From a virus (taxonomy: Duplodnaviria; Caudoviricetes): a stretch of 64,000 nt of DNA. The stretch lies in the IMG/VR virus record IMGVR_UViG_3300025120_010521; one strand, 5' to 3'. Shown here in pieces: positions 38,633-48,489 of the stretch (the stretch's first letter is position 1; each line of letters begins with the position of its first letter). Both the position numbers and the translations under genes were made by a program. Below the pieces are notes generated by a model, which saw only the letters and a program-made list of their open reading frames with translations, was not told the DNA's origin and made no database searches.

Positions 38633-39442
38633 TTAATCCTTTTTATGAACTGTATCACAGTTGTCAATATATTTAGTGTAGTCGCCAATTGAGTGATCTA
38701 CAAAACCATCACCAACTGTTTTATTAAAAATACTTGCTACACCATCTTTAAACATTCTCCAAAACTTTACTGCACCAATTCTTAAATCATGATTACGATC
38801 AATATAGCAAAAGTTACCAACATGTGTATAGTTCATTATTACCCACGGTACTCTTGTAACTAAATCTCTTTGATTTCTAAATCTCCACACTGGACATTTG
38901 ATTGTTTTTGTAAATGTTCTATTGCCAACCCTAGGTGACCCGTAAGTAAAACATCCTCTAGCAAACGTACCTAACCGTGAAGCCGCAACTGTTGCCGCCG
39001 CCGCACCCAATGAATGTCCTGTAGTGTAAACTTTTTTAGTTTTATTTGTTTTTAAGTTAGTACCATGTTCAAAAAATATTCTTTTAATGTCATCCCAAAT
39101 TTCATCAACATAGTTTGAAAATCCAGTGTGTACTTTACCACCTTCCCATGCTGACCTTTTCCAAAACTTCATATCAGAAAATATATCTTTCATTTCTTTT
39201 GGTTGTGTTCCTCTAAAAGCAATTATAAAAGTATCATCATTCCAAAGTATGTATGCTTGAGAACCGTTTCTATCTAAAAATTGATAATGATAATCATCAA
39301 TTATATTTTCTTTACGTAAAAAATGTGTAAATGACTTTGGTGTATAATATGCCGCACTACTTAATTTAGAAAAAAATACTGCTGTGTCTTTGTTAAATTT
39401 ATCAACAATAATATTAAGCGGCCCAGACATGAGTTGCTCCAT
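38633..39442 (-). CDS. lipase class 3 family
   Basis: IAFRGT, VHTGF, GHSLG, YGSPRVG, DLVTRVP, DH. Confidence 0.9.
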   Translation of the reverse strand: MEQLMSGPLNIIVDKFNKDTAVFFSKLSSAAYYTPKSFTHFLRKENIIDDYHYQFLDRNGSQAYILWNDDTFIIAFRGTQPKEMKDIFSDMKFWKRSAWEGGKVHTGFSNYVDEIWDDIKRIFFEHGTNLKTNKTKKVYTTGHSLGAAAATVAASRLGTFARGCFTYGSPRVGNRTFTKTIKCPVWRFRNQRDLVTRVPWVIMNYTHVGNFCYIDRNHDLRIGAVKFWRMFKDGVASIFNKTVGDGFVDHSIGDYTKYIDNCDTVHKKD

Positions 39443-39905
39443 TTTGTTTACCTACTCTAGCAATATGATTCATTCTTTTAATTACATCATTATAGTAGCC
39501 TTCACGTTTACCGCCACCAATCATTGTTGCTCCGCCACCGGACTTATCAATTGTTGTTGGTTCTTCTGGTGATGGTTTACCAATTGCTTTTTGTAGCCAT
39601 TGTGTAGTTTTTGCTATAAACTCATCAATTGGAAAAGGTGATGCATCTTCTAAGTCTGTTGGATACCCAAGTTCATCCATTACTTGTCTCATATTTGTAT
39701 TTGCAAGACTGAGATCTAGTTCAGGTTTGTAATCTGGATTTGGTTTTGGCTCTGCATCATACGGATAATCTGCTTTGTAAACATCAGGATGATATCTATC
39801 GCCCGAATCAACAGATGATCTCCAATAATTATCTTTTGGATCTTTGGCACCTGCTGAAAAACTCATACTCTCTTGTATTTGCTGAACTAGTTCTCTAAAT
39901 CTCAT
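39414..39905 (-). CDS. hypothetical protein
   Basis: 163-aa ORF. Confidence 0.6.
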   Translation of the reverse strand: MRFRELVQQIQESMSFSAGAKDPKDNYWRSSVDSGDRYHPDVYKADYPYDAEPKPNPDYKPELDLSLANTNMRQVMDELGYPTDLEDASPFPIDEFIAKTTQWLQKAIGKPSPEEPTTIDKSGGGATMIGGGKREGYYNDVIKRMNHIARVGKQNGATHVWAA

Positions 39906-39907
39906 TA

Positions 39908-40066
39908 TTAGCCTCTTGTAAAAAATTGATATGCACCAAAGGCAATCGCGGCATAAGCCGCAATGTTAATCCAACTACCTAAGAATAAGATAATTAAACC
40001 AACTGCTACTAAACCTAGTCCACCATGTGACGCTTTTTCTTTAAGTCTATCTGTTAACCAATTCAT
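39908..40066 (-). CDS. small two-TM membrane protein, 52 aa (not in ORF track)
   Basis: MNWLTDRLKEKASHGGLGLVAVGLIILFLGSWINIAAYAAIAFGAYQFFTRG; AAGGAG SD. Confidence 0.65.
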   Translation of the reverse strand: MNWLTDRLKEKASHGGLGLVAVGLIILFLGSWINIAAYAAIAFGAYQFFTRG

Positions 40067-40098
40067 GTTCATCTCCTTTTATTATATTATTATATGGC

Positions 40099-40341
40099 TT
40101 ATTTTTCTACCTTTGAAATCCTACTCTCAAGGTCAGCTAACTTTTTTGTTAAAGCTGGAAACTTCGCCATTCTTTTCTCCTCATCAGTGAGAAGTTTTAC
40201 GTTATACCTTTTTGCCGCCCAGTTGTATAGTGAATCTACCTTATTATAGAACCATACACCTAGCTTGGTATCTCGAAACCATGTTGCTGTTGCATTTCCA
40301 ATAATTGCTCCAGCCATTGCTTTTATAATCCAAAACCACAT
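40099..40341 (-). CDS. hypothetical protein with hydrophobic N-terminus
   Basis: 80-aa ORF. Confidence 0.55.
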   Translation of the reverse strand: MWFWIIKAMAGAIIGNATATWFRDTKLGVWFYNKVDSLYNWAAKRYNVKLLTDEEKRMAKFPALTKKLADLESRISKVEK

Positions 40342-40342
40342 A

Positions 40343-40561
40343 TCATTTATACCTATATACTATTCTTCCTTTTGTTAAATCATATTGTGAAACTTCAATG
40401 TCAACTTTATCATTTTCTAAAATTCGAATATGATTCTTTCTCATCTTTCCACTTAAATGACCTAACACTTCATGTTTATTTTCTAACGTTACTCGAAACA
40501 TTCCTCCAGGTAATACTGTTGATACTGTTCCGCTTAATTTTAAAATATCGTCTTTTGGCAT
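40343..40561 (-). CDS. infA: translation initiation factor IF-1
   Basis: [35 protein letters not shown]....[11 protein letters not shown]. Confidence 0.95.
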   Translation of the reverse strand: MPKDDILKLSGTVSTVLPGGMFRVTLENKHEVLGHLSGKMRKNHIRILENDKVDIEVSQYDLTKGRIVYRYK

Positions 40562-40986
40562 TAATTCTTTAGTGCTTGAGTAATCATCTTTTCTGATAAC
40601 ATGTGTGTTTTACCACCATAAAAATTTAATTGCCATTCTCGAACTGTTGTTACACTCTTAATGTCGTTGAGTATTTCTACTACACGATTTAAAGTTTCTG
40701 CATCTTTTTTTATTTCTACAAAAACCATGTAGTTCCCATCTTCATCTGGTCCTGGTGATACTTCTGTATCTGCAACACCAATATAACCTCGTTCAATAAA
40801 TCTTGCTAAATCTTGAGCTGGTTCATCATCTTTTGAATACAAGCCCATTACTAAAATATCTTTTGAATCACCTGTTTTAGGTTCAAATTGATCAATACTA
40901 ACTTTGTTTAAAACTAGATGTTCTAAGTCACCTGGTCTTAAACCTTCTTCAAGGCGTTTACTCGTTACTAGTGATTGTAGTTTCAT
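40561..40986 (-). CDS. hypothetical phage protein
   Basis: 141-aa ORF. Confidence 0.6.
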   Translation of the reverse strand: MKLQSLVTSKRLEEGLRPGDLEHLVLNKVSIDQFEPKTGDSKDILVMGLYSKDDEPAQDLARFIERGYIGVADTEVSPGPDEDGNYMVFVEIKKDAETLNRVVEILNDIKSVTTVREWQLNFYGGKTHMLSEKMITQALKN

Positions 40987-41443
40987 CTGTAATCCCCTCG
41001 TCTTTTGCTTGATTTTTTACTTCTGCATCTGCATCAGTTTCTAAATCAAAGTTATCTAATAATCGTTTTGGCATCTTAATAGATACCAACCATACTGGCA
41101 CTTCGTCTGCTTGTGGTTTTTTTGTTCCAGGTTTAAAATCACCTGGGGTTTTTACTCTACGTGGAGCCATGTAATAATCTTTTTTGTAATACACTTTACA
41201 GTCATATCCTAATAGACGTTGACCACCGGCTGGATCTGGCATCTGCTCTCTTGGGTACATTAATGTAATGTCTACCCAATATCTACCAACTTTAGGACCA
41301 TCTACAACTTCTCCTTCTAGCCAGTTTTTGTAAGTGTAAATGCCCATCTCGTCCATAGATTTTTCAAACTCTAACAATATGTCAAGTAAGCTAGTGTTTT
41401 GATGAACTGCGTAATGATTATCTAATATATCTTGTGTTTCCAT
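40958..41443 (-). CDS. hypothetical phage protein
   Basis: 161-aa ORF, TAAATA upstream. Confidence 0.65.
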   Translation of the reverse strand: METQDILDNHYAVHQNTSLLDILLEFEKSMDEMGIYTYKNWLEGEVVDGPKVGRYWVDITLMYPREQMPDPAGGQRLLGYDCKVYYKKDYYMAPRRVKTPGDFKPGTKKPQADEVPVWLVSIKMPKRLLDNFDLETDADAEVKNQAKDEGITDETTITSNE

Positions 41444-41454
41444 AACAATTGTAT

Positions 41455-41778
41455 TTATGCCTTATTCGTTGTTTTATACGTTTCCCACTTTGGTTGTCCA
41501 GTTAGAGAAGTATTATACCCTTTTTTGCCACATTCTCTATAACAGGTCTTTATAGCAAACGATTTGTTAAATTTATTCATAAAATTAGACGTTTCTACTT
41601 GATTTGGAGTGTTTTTTTCAATATTTAAATCGTTTATATCAGCATTATTCTTTATAGCCCACTCTTTAAGCTCGTCTTTTTGAACATATACGAAGCAACA
41701 AGGATAAAGATTACCATCAGCACTTAAAAAATGTGCCATATCTTTAAAGCATTTTGGATCTAAATCTTCTACTGCCAT
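41455..41778 (-). CDS. stand-alone SPASM/twitch-like domain
   Basis: C...ADGNLYPCC...CYRECG. Confidence 0.7.
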   Translation of the reverse strand: MAVEDLDPKCFKDMAHFLSADGNLYPCCFVYVQKDELKEWAIKNNADINDLNIEKNTPNQVETSNFMNKFNKSFAIKTCYRECGKKGYNTSLTGQPKWETYKTTNKA

Positions 41779-42401
41779 TGTATGTTACGTCTTTCTTGAT
41801 CATTTTCAAACCATTGTGTATTGTATTTTCTTAAACTTTTGTAAGTTTCAAACTGATCAAATCCAATATCTTTTGCTAGTGCTCTTGCTTCTTCCACTTG
41901 GTGCTCATTATAAGGAAAAACCAAATACTTCCATTTAAGGTGTGGTCTTCGATATTTAGGAACCGAGGTAATTGTATTAAGAGCCAGCATAATACTTTTC
42001 CAATCACTATTTTTTCTATATATATGATTAGTGTCTTCAAGTCCATCAATACTAAAAATAAATCTATGATAACGTGGATTCCAATTAAATGAAATAAACT
42101 CATTCCAAAATTTTTCATTTCGGTATGCACCATTTGTTTCAACTGAAAATCCTTTATTTTGAGAAATCATAAACTCCATTATTTGATTAAAGTTTGGGTG
42201 ATACAATGCATCTCCAAATGCTCCACAAAAGTTGTAACTCCAATAATTGCTATTTGATACAAATGATTTAAGGACATCAACTTTCATAAATCCAGTATTC
42301 CAGGTATTGTCTTTCCAATAAGTTCTTGGACAAGCTGGACATTTAATTGTACACTTTGTTGAAATTTCTACATCTATTGATATGTTTTTTAACTTGAACA
42401 T
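41769..42401 (-). CDS. radical SAM core domain
   Basis: CTIKCPAC, GAFGDAL, ETNG, FSIDG. Confidence 0.85.
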   Translation of the reverse strand: MFKLKNISIDVEISTKCTIKCPACPRTYWKDNTWNTGFMKVDVLKSFVSNSNYWSYNFCGAFGDALYHPNFNQIMEFMISQNKGFSVETNGAYRNEKFWNEFISFNWNPRYHRFIFSIDGLEDTNHIYRKNSDWKSIMLALNTITSVPKYRRPHLKWKYLVFPYNEHQVEEARALAKDIGFDQFETYKSLRKYNTQWFENDQERRNIQWQ

Positions 42402-42426
42402 ACAAGTATTTATTGGACATTATAGC

Positions 42427-42660
42427 TTAATTAAATGCAGATTCATCTAGTTTAACTAGCTTGTCATATCCACCAATACTCGATCCATCAATATAAATCT
42501 GAGGCATAGTTCTATGACCTTCACCAATTATAAACTCACGTGCTTCTGGTTGTTCTTCAATGTTAATTTCTTTAAATTCAACACCTTTATTTTTTAACCA
42601 ATTTTTTGCTTGTACACAATATCCACACATGTTTTTACTATATACTATTACTTCTTTCAT
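42427..42660 (-). CDS. glutaredoxin
   Basis: CGYC, TMPQIYI, IGGY. Confidence 0.9.
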   Translation of the reverse strand: MKEVIVYSKNMCGYCVQAKNWLKNKGVEFKEINIEEQPEAREFIIGEGHRTMPQIYIDGSSIGGYDKLVKLDESAFN

Positions 42661-42662
42661 TA

Positions 42663-43766
42663 TTATTTTCCTTCTTTAGCAAATTTAAATTCTTTTAGTT
42701 TCACATCAAAAGTTATAAACTTGCCATCTCTATAAACTTTAACTTTTAATGTATCGCCAATATCATTATACCATAATTGTTTAATAATGTCAAGTGATCC
42801 AATAACTTCTTCGCCACCTACTGAAACTATCACATCATCAGATTTTAATCCTGCTACAAAGGCCGCTCCGTCTTCTGGTGTTTTATCAACTTTAACAACT
42901 GAGCTTATTCCTTTATCTAATAATTCTTGTCTTTCTTCCAGTGTTTCAACTGCTTTCATATGTATGCCAATTGCTGGATATGTTACATATCCTTTTTCTA
43001 TAATTTGATCAACTGATCTTTTTGCTAAATCTGAAGGAACTGAAAATCCAACTCCTGAGAAAGATCCAGTTCTTGAAAATAATAATGTGTTTACTCCAAT
43101 AACTTCTCCACACATATTAAATAATGGACCTCCAGAGTTACCTTGATTAATAACTGTATCAGATTGATTATATGTAATCATAGGTTTTGTAGTATCTGGT
43201 CGTCTATCTTTATAACTTATAATTCCTTTTGTAACTGCCCACGGCATACTTAACCCGTGACCAATTGCGATAACATCTTCACCTATTTCTAATTTTTCAC
43301 TATCTCCCCATTTAACAAATTTTGTTGGACCTTCTGGATTAATTCTTATTACGGCAATATCAGCAATTTCATCTACACCTACTATTTCTGCTTCGCTATA
43401 TTCTAAAGGAGATTCCCAATAGTATATTCTTAGACTAGATGCATTTTTTACAACGTGTGCATTAGTAACAATGTATCCATTATCATTAATAAAAAAACCT
43501 GTTCCTACTCCTGCTGATGGTTGCGGAAGACTAGGCATTAATCCACCAAATTCGCTTTCTTCTCCAGTGTCTAAAGTTCTTTCCATATAAATGTATACAA
43601 CACTAGGAATAGTTTCTGCAACTATTTCAGGTGTTGTGTTATACATACAAGAGTTATATACAAATGTATTTGGATTATTGTCGTCATCATATGATGCTAG
43701 TGCATTAGTCGTAAATAATAATACCATTGCCATTAGTGCTGGTATTACATTAAAAATTTTATTCAT
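42663..43766 (-). CDS. HtrA/DegP-family periplasmic serine protease with one PDZ domain
   Basis: Signal peptide, TNAHV / DIAVI / GNSGGPL triad, PDZ. Confidence 0.92.
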   Translation of the reverse strand: MNKIFNVIPALMAMVLLFTTNALASYDDDNNPNTFVYNSCMYNTTPEIVAETIPSVVYIYMERTLDTGEESEFGGLMPSLPQPSAGVGTGFFINDNGYIVTNAHVVKNASSLRIYYWESPLEYSEAEIVGVDEIADIAVIRINPEGPTKFVKWGDSEKLEIGEDVIAIGHGLSMPWAVTKGIISYKDRRPDTTKPMITYNQSDTVINQGNSGGPLFNMCGEVIGVNTLLFSRTGSFSGVGFSVPSDLAKRSVDQIIEKGYVTYPAIGIHMKAVETLEERQELLDKGISSVVKVDKTPEDGAAFVAGLKSDDVIVSVGGEEVIGSLDIIKQLWYNDIGDTLKVKVYRDGKFITFDVKLKEFKFAKEGK

Positions 43767-43774
43767 GATATCTC

Positions 43775-43981
43775 CTAGAATGTTCCTGCGTCAACTGGCT
43801 GTCGATCATTTGATTCCACCGTTGGTACTTGAACAGTATTTTGCTCTTTTAATAGTAATTGGTTGAGCTCACACATTATCTCAATAGCTTCTTGCTGAGT
43901 CAACCGAATTTCTTTACTACCTGTTTTTTGTAAATGAATTATTCTGTTACAGAAATTCTTAATATTATCATACTGTGCCAT
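43775..43981 (-). CDS. hypothetical protein
   Basis: 68-aa ORF. Confidence 0.55.
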   Translation of the reverse strand: MAQYDNIKNFCNRIIHLQKTGSKEIRLTQQEAIEIMCELNQLLLKEQNTVQVPTVESNDRQPVDAGTF

Positions 43982-44483
43982 GTGTGTGCTTTCGTTCTCG
44001 CTTTTTATTATTTATGTTGATATTCATTTCCATTTCTGAGTGGAAAGGACCAACATACGAGATTGCACCTTCTAGCAAAGTGTTTAATTTAGGGTTAAAA
44101 GAGGGTACCCAGCCTTTTGAAAACTCAATACCATAATAGCCTGCACTGTATTTTACATTAGATTTAGGTGTTTTAGTGTATGTAGGAAGTAATTTATACT
44201 TTTCTACATTATAAGGTTGTACAGGAGTAGAATATCCATCAACATCAAAGTCACCTTGCACTGGTTGTTCTGCTAGTGATTTGCTATTAACTTTTAACGG
44301 ATCTTCTCCTAAAAATTCAATTACATTATTATAAGAGTCAAAATCTTTTCGATCTTTTTCTAACAATACTTGCCACATATTATTTGCATGTCTCATAGTG
44401 CCAATCTTTTGCTCATTGGCTTCTAAGATCCAAAACGAATCTTTAATTATTTGTTTGGCTTTCAACAATTTTGTATCCTGCAT
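43968..44483 (-). CDS. hypothetical phage protein
   Basis: 171-aa ORF. Confidence 0.6.
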   Translation of the reverse strand: MQDTKLLKAKQIIKDSFWILEANEQKIGTMRHANNMWQVLLEKDRKDFDSYNNVIEFLGEDPLKVNSKSLAEQPVQGDFDVDGYSTPVQPYNVEKYKLLPTYTKTPKSNVKYSAGYYGIEFSKGWVPSFNPKLNTLLEGAISYVGPFHSEMEMNININNKKRERKHTHGTV

Positions 44484-45435
44484 TTAAGTATTGTGCATGA
44501 TCAGTTGGCTGTTCAGCTAATTTTGTTAAGCCATACTTTGCACAAAACTTCATAAAACGTATTCCAACTTGATCAATATGTTTTGGATTCTGTGCTTTTA
44601 ATATTTCTGCAAATACTTTAGTTCTAATTTCTTCTGGTTGTTTAGTTAAATCAATTAACTTCTTATTTCTTTCATAGCATTCTTTTACTCTATGTTCTAC
44701 ACCATTATGGTCTGTCCAACGTTGTAACATCATGTTATTCCAAACAAATCCCTGATTATCTCTATCAGCAAATGCTTCTTCAAGTTTAGTTTTACGTACT
44801 TTTGGATATGCTGAAAAAACATTGTCTGTTGAGTCACCTCTCATACATTTTTCAAACAATAACCACTCTGGATTAGGTGGTAACTTTGTTTCACCTGTTT
44901 TTTTATCTATAATAGGACGATCTTTTTCATCATAAAAACCATTTGCTGTAACAATTTGATTTGCTACTCCGTTATATAAAGAGATGTTTTGATTTATTAA
45001 CTGATAAAAATCTGAGTCTGATGATATAATAATGTGCTTATCATTTGGATGTGCTTGTGTCCATAACGCAATTAAATCGTCTGCTTCTGATGTTGGTTCA
45101 CGCAATACAGAACAGTTTGTATTTTCTTTTACAAATGTACAAAAATGATCAAATGCTTCCCACCAAAAATCATCTTCTTCTTTTTCACGTTCAGTTCTTT
45201 TGTCAAGTACAACTGCACGATTCTTTTTATATGGTTCGTAAAAATCTTTACGCCAACTACGTCCTTCTAAACAGAATACAACGTGTGATCCTGAAAACAT
45301 TGTGTTGGCTTTTTTAAGTGAATTAAAAAGAATGTGAAATGCCAAACTGATCTTTGTATCTAGGTCAGTTCCTCTACTAGAAACATGTCTAGCCCTAAAA
45401 AATGTGTTTGCTGTATCTACTAATATATATGTCAC
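44443..45435 (-). CDS. 5'-3' exonuclease / T4 RNase H-like (FEN family)
   Basis: LVDTAN, WRK..Y..YK..R, EADD, SSDSD, GDSTDN. Confidence 0.9.
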   Translation of the reverse strand: MTYILVDTANTFFRARHVSSRGTDLDTKISLAFHILFNSLKKANTMFSGSHVVFCLEGRSWRKDFYEPYKKNRAVVLDKRTEREKEEDDFWWEAFDHFCTFVKENTNCSVLREPTSEADDLIALWTQAHPNDKHIIISSDSDFYQLINQNISLYNGVANQIVTANGFYDEKDRPIIDKKTGETKLPPNPEWLLFEKCMRGDSTDNVFSAYPKVRKTKLEEAFADRDNQGFVWNNMMLQRWTDHNGVEHRVKECYERNKKLIDLTKQPEEIRTKVFAEILKAQNPKHIDQVGIRFMKFCAKYGLTKLAEQPTDHAQYLNAGYKIVESQTNN

Positions 45436-45854
45436 GAATATTCTACTTTGCCATCTTTGAGTTCAGTTTTAGAAATTTTTTCTCTGTTTTCTTGTTGTGC
45501 TTTTAATTCTTCAAACACATCTTGGTCCATGGTTTCTAAAACAATGCCTCGGCAAAGATCATCAAACCATTTGTTAACAATTTCGTCATCTGTTACACCT
45601 GTGTAATTATTTTTAGATAACATATCAATAAATGATTGATTCCAGTCTAACTCAAAGTATCCTTTCTTTGGGTTCTCTGGATCAAAGTTCGTATTCAATA
45701 CAGTCACAAAAGGCTTGTTATCTATATCAGCAAGTTTCTTATCAAGTTCTGTACCTGATAATTCATGATGTGCTTTGGCACGTTCTTTGTCCTTGCCTTT
45801 TAGTAACCATCCTTTTGGATTTAAGTTAAATGGTATTTTATTTTTCTTTTTCAT
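45432..45854 (-). CDS. hypothetical protein
   Basis: 140-aa ORF. Confidence 0.6.
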   Translation of the reverse strand: MKKKNKIPFNLNPKGWLLKGKDKERAKAHHELSGTELDKKLADIDNKPFVTVLNTNFDPENPKKGYFELDWNQSFIDMLSKNNYTGVTDDEIVNKWFDDLCRGIVLETMDQDVFEELKAQQENREKISKTELKDGKVEYS

Positions 45855-45964
45855 TTTTTATTGTCTTTTCTATGGGAAATATAATTACATTATCAAATTT
45901 AAGCATTTCTATTCTCCATTTTAAGTATTCTATATAAGTCATTATAACATATTTAGCGGTAATG

Positions 45965-46333
45965 TCAAGTGGTCTTTTGAAGAAATCTTTCACTTAAATC
46001 TCTTAATTCATCGTGTGTAAATGAACTTTTCCAAGTATTTGCTTTGTGTGTTAATAGTTGAATATTGTCTACTGTATATCCTTTTGTTGGATCTATCCTA
46101 TCAATTGTACACGATTGTGGGTTACACCATTTATTTTGCCATTTTCCTCCTCCACGTACAAATTCTAAATCATCTCCAGTTATAGCACATTTCCAATTTT
46201 GTTTTTGGCCAATATTATATACATCAATTTTAGTTATTTCACTTGACCAAGATTTTTGGCCTCTGTTCTTAGCACGACTGATATTCTGTTGGATAAATTT
46301 TAATTTAGTACTATCCATATTAGCAATGTGCAA
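45965..46333 (-). CDS. HNH-like nuclease domain protein
   Basis: CAITG...TIDRIDPTKGYTVDNIQL...N..K. Confidence 0.65.
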   Translation of the reverse strand: MHIANMDSTKLKFIQQNISRAKNRGQKSWSSEITKIDVYNIGQKQNWKCAITGDDLEFVRGGGKWQNKWCNPQSCTIDRIDPTKGYTVDNIQLLTHKANTWKSSFTHDELRDLSERFLQKTT

Positions 46334-46940
46334 TAGGATCGTGTGTAAGATTAGACATCTGTTCTAATCTAGTTGTTGGATATTTGTCTCTGTTTTTAAG
46401 AAATTCTTCGTGATGTATCATTTTACCATTAACAAGGAATCCCCAATGATCACCTTCTGTTTTTTTACCCATAAAAAATATACTCCAACAAGGAATTTCA
46501 TTGCCATTTTCATCTTTGGCTAATTCTAAATAGTGTAAATCTTCTGCTTTTCTAAATCTTATACTGCCAGGACCCCTCCAAAATTTACCTTTAGGAGTAT
46601 GTTCCCAATATCCACCTTTTAATATTATAGCACCCCAATTCCAAGGATGACTATGTAGTATTGGTTCATCACCTAACATCACTTTGTGTAATGTAAAGTT
46701 AAAAGGAAAGTTTTTTCTATCTTTTAAAAACAAATAGTATCTCACAAGATACTCTCGTGTATTATCTCTGTTGTAAATAATTCTTTTTCTATCTTTAAAT
46801 AATGTTGATATCAATAACACTGCAAATACTCCCACACATGCAATAAACATAATTGTTGTTTTAAATACCTTGACAACTGTTTCTGCTACATCTACTTTTG
46901 AAACTATTTCTTCTGCTTTAAACCAAATATCTTTGATCAT
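46320..46940 (-). CDS. putative cupin-fold protein
   Basis: LHKV...LHSHPW...GGYWE...HYLEL His pattern. Confidence 0.5.
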   Translation of the reverse strand: MIKDIWFKAEEIVSKVDVAETVVKVFKTTIMFIACVGVFAVLLISTLFKDRKRIIYNRDNTREYLVRYYLFLKDRKNFPFNFTLHKVMLGDEPILHSHPWNWGAIILKGGYWEHTPKGKFWRGPGSIRFRKAEDLHYLELAKDENGNEIPCWSIFFMGKKTEGDHWGFLVNGKMIHHEEFLKNRDKYPTTRLEQMSNLTHDPIAHC

Positions 46941-47863
46941 GTTCCTATCGCATTACCAAAAAGATAAACGTGAACTCTCGCCGCGACATTGTAACCACGT
47001 TTGAAAGCCTTTTCGGCAACCTTTCCTGCACCTGCTGTTTGTTCTTCTTCTCTTGCACCTGTAGGCATAACCCATACTGGCCAATCAACACCTTGTGCTT
47101 TAAAAAGTTTAATTACTTCTTCCATTTCTTCCCACTCTCTATCATCAGGACCTACCACAAACTTTAATTGTCCTTTGCTAGAAAGTTTTCTATACTCTGC
47201 CACAATCTCAGGCTTGATTGCTTTTTCTCTTTTCTCACCGGATACTGTAAACAGTTTAGGACTACAACTAAAGAATATTTCTGTATCAATTCTGTTAACC
47301 CAATCAATAAATGGTTGTCTAAGTTTTTGTGTGCCATTAGTTTCAAATGTCATCGATCCAGGCAAGTTACCTTGTCTTTCAAGTTCTTCATATATGCCTA
47401 TGGTTGCTGTTTGTCCTGTAACCATTAATGGCTCTCCACCTGTGATACACAAATGTTGACTTTGTCCTGTTACTGGGTGTTTAAATAATCCTTGTGGATT
47501 ACTTTCATTCTTCATTATATCAACTATTTTGTTTGCCATCACAGTTGGTGTTTCTTGACCCATCAGCTCTTTAAACTTCTTAGCCCATGTGTAACTTGAA
47601 TCACAACCTTTGTCCCAAACAGGCAAGTCTTCAACTTTGTCTACACTAGATACATCAAAATTTTCAAATGGCAAATCATATGTGTCTGGGTTGGTTGGAT
47701 CTATTTGCCCAAACCCATTGCATTGCAAATTGCACAAGAAGAAACGTATCCATGCTGTTGGAACACCTGTGTAATGTCCTTCACCTTGAATACTGTGAAA
47801 TATTTCAGAATAATAGAACTTCTTTTCTACAGTTTTACCAAACTCATGTTGTGCTAATGCCAT
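46937..47863 (-). CDS. queE: QueE-like 7-carboxy-7-deazaguanine synthase (radical SAM)
   Basis: SEIFHSIQGEG..TG.P..W.RF, CNLQC...GCDS, ITGGEP, ETNG, SPKL. Confidence 0.85.
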   Translation of the reverse strand: MALAQHEFGKTVEKKFYYSEIFHSIQGEGHYTGVPTAWIRFFLCNLQCNGFGQIDPTNPDTYDLPFENFDVSSVDKVEDLPVWDKGCDSSYTWAKKFKELMGQETPTVMANKIVDIMKNESNPQGLFKHPVTGQSQHLCITGGEPLMVTGQTATIGIYEELERQGNLPGSMTFETNGTQKLRQPFIDWVNRIDTEIFFSCSPKLFTVSGEKREKAIKPEIVAEYRKLSSKGQLKFVVGPDDREWEEMEEVIKLFKAQGVDWPVWVMPTGAREEEQTAGAGKVAEKAFKRGYNVAARVHVYLFGNAIGT

Positions 47864-47911
47864 ATTATATACTCCATTATACTACCTATTATATAGTATT
47901 TAGGCAATATG

Positions 47912-48463
47912 TCAACCGCTATGTTCTTCTAGATATTCTAACATTTTTTCAGGTGTTGACTCAATATATGGATCATCGTCCTCTCCGTCATTGTTGATTC
48001 CTGGTTCTTGCCACCATTTTTCAACAATACCATCGTTGATTACTGCCATATATCTCCAACTACGCATTCCAAACCCTAAATGGTTTTTACCAACTAGCAT
48101 ACCCATAAAACGTGTAAAGTTAGCAGATCCATCTGGAATAACTTTTACGTTATTAATATGTTGCTGTCTTGCCCATGCGTTCATTACAAATGAATCATTT
48201 ACACTCATACAGTAAATTTCGTCAATTCCTAATAATCGAATAGTATCATAATTTTCTTCAAACCCTGGAAGTTGTTTCGAAGAACAGGTAGGTGTAAATG
48301 CACCAGGTAAGCTGAATAGTACTACTCTCTTATTTTTAAAATAATGGTCTGTAGTTTTATCTACCCAAACTCCGCCAATAGCACAACCACTGCCTTGTGT
48401 TTCTTCTTCATCGCCTTCTCTAGTTCTAAATGTTACTTTTGGTATTTTCAAGCCTTGTCTCAT
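47912..48463 (-). CDS. peroxiredoxin (Prx5-like); start moved to 48463
   Basis: LPGAFTPTCS, SVND.FVM.AW, RSWRY; AGGAG SD before MRQGLKIP. Confidence 0.9.
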   Translation of the reverse strand: MRQGLKIPKVTFRTREGDEEETQGSGCAIGGVWVDKTTDHYFKNKRVVLFSLPGAFTPTCSSKQLPGFEENYDTIRLLGIDEIYCMSVNDSFVMNAWARQQHINNVKVIPDGSANFTRFMGMLVGKNHLGFGMRSWRYMAVINDGIVEKWWQEPGINNDGEDDDPYIESTPEKMLEYLEEHSG

Positions 48464-48489
48464 GCTCCTCTCCTTTATTGTTTGACTAT

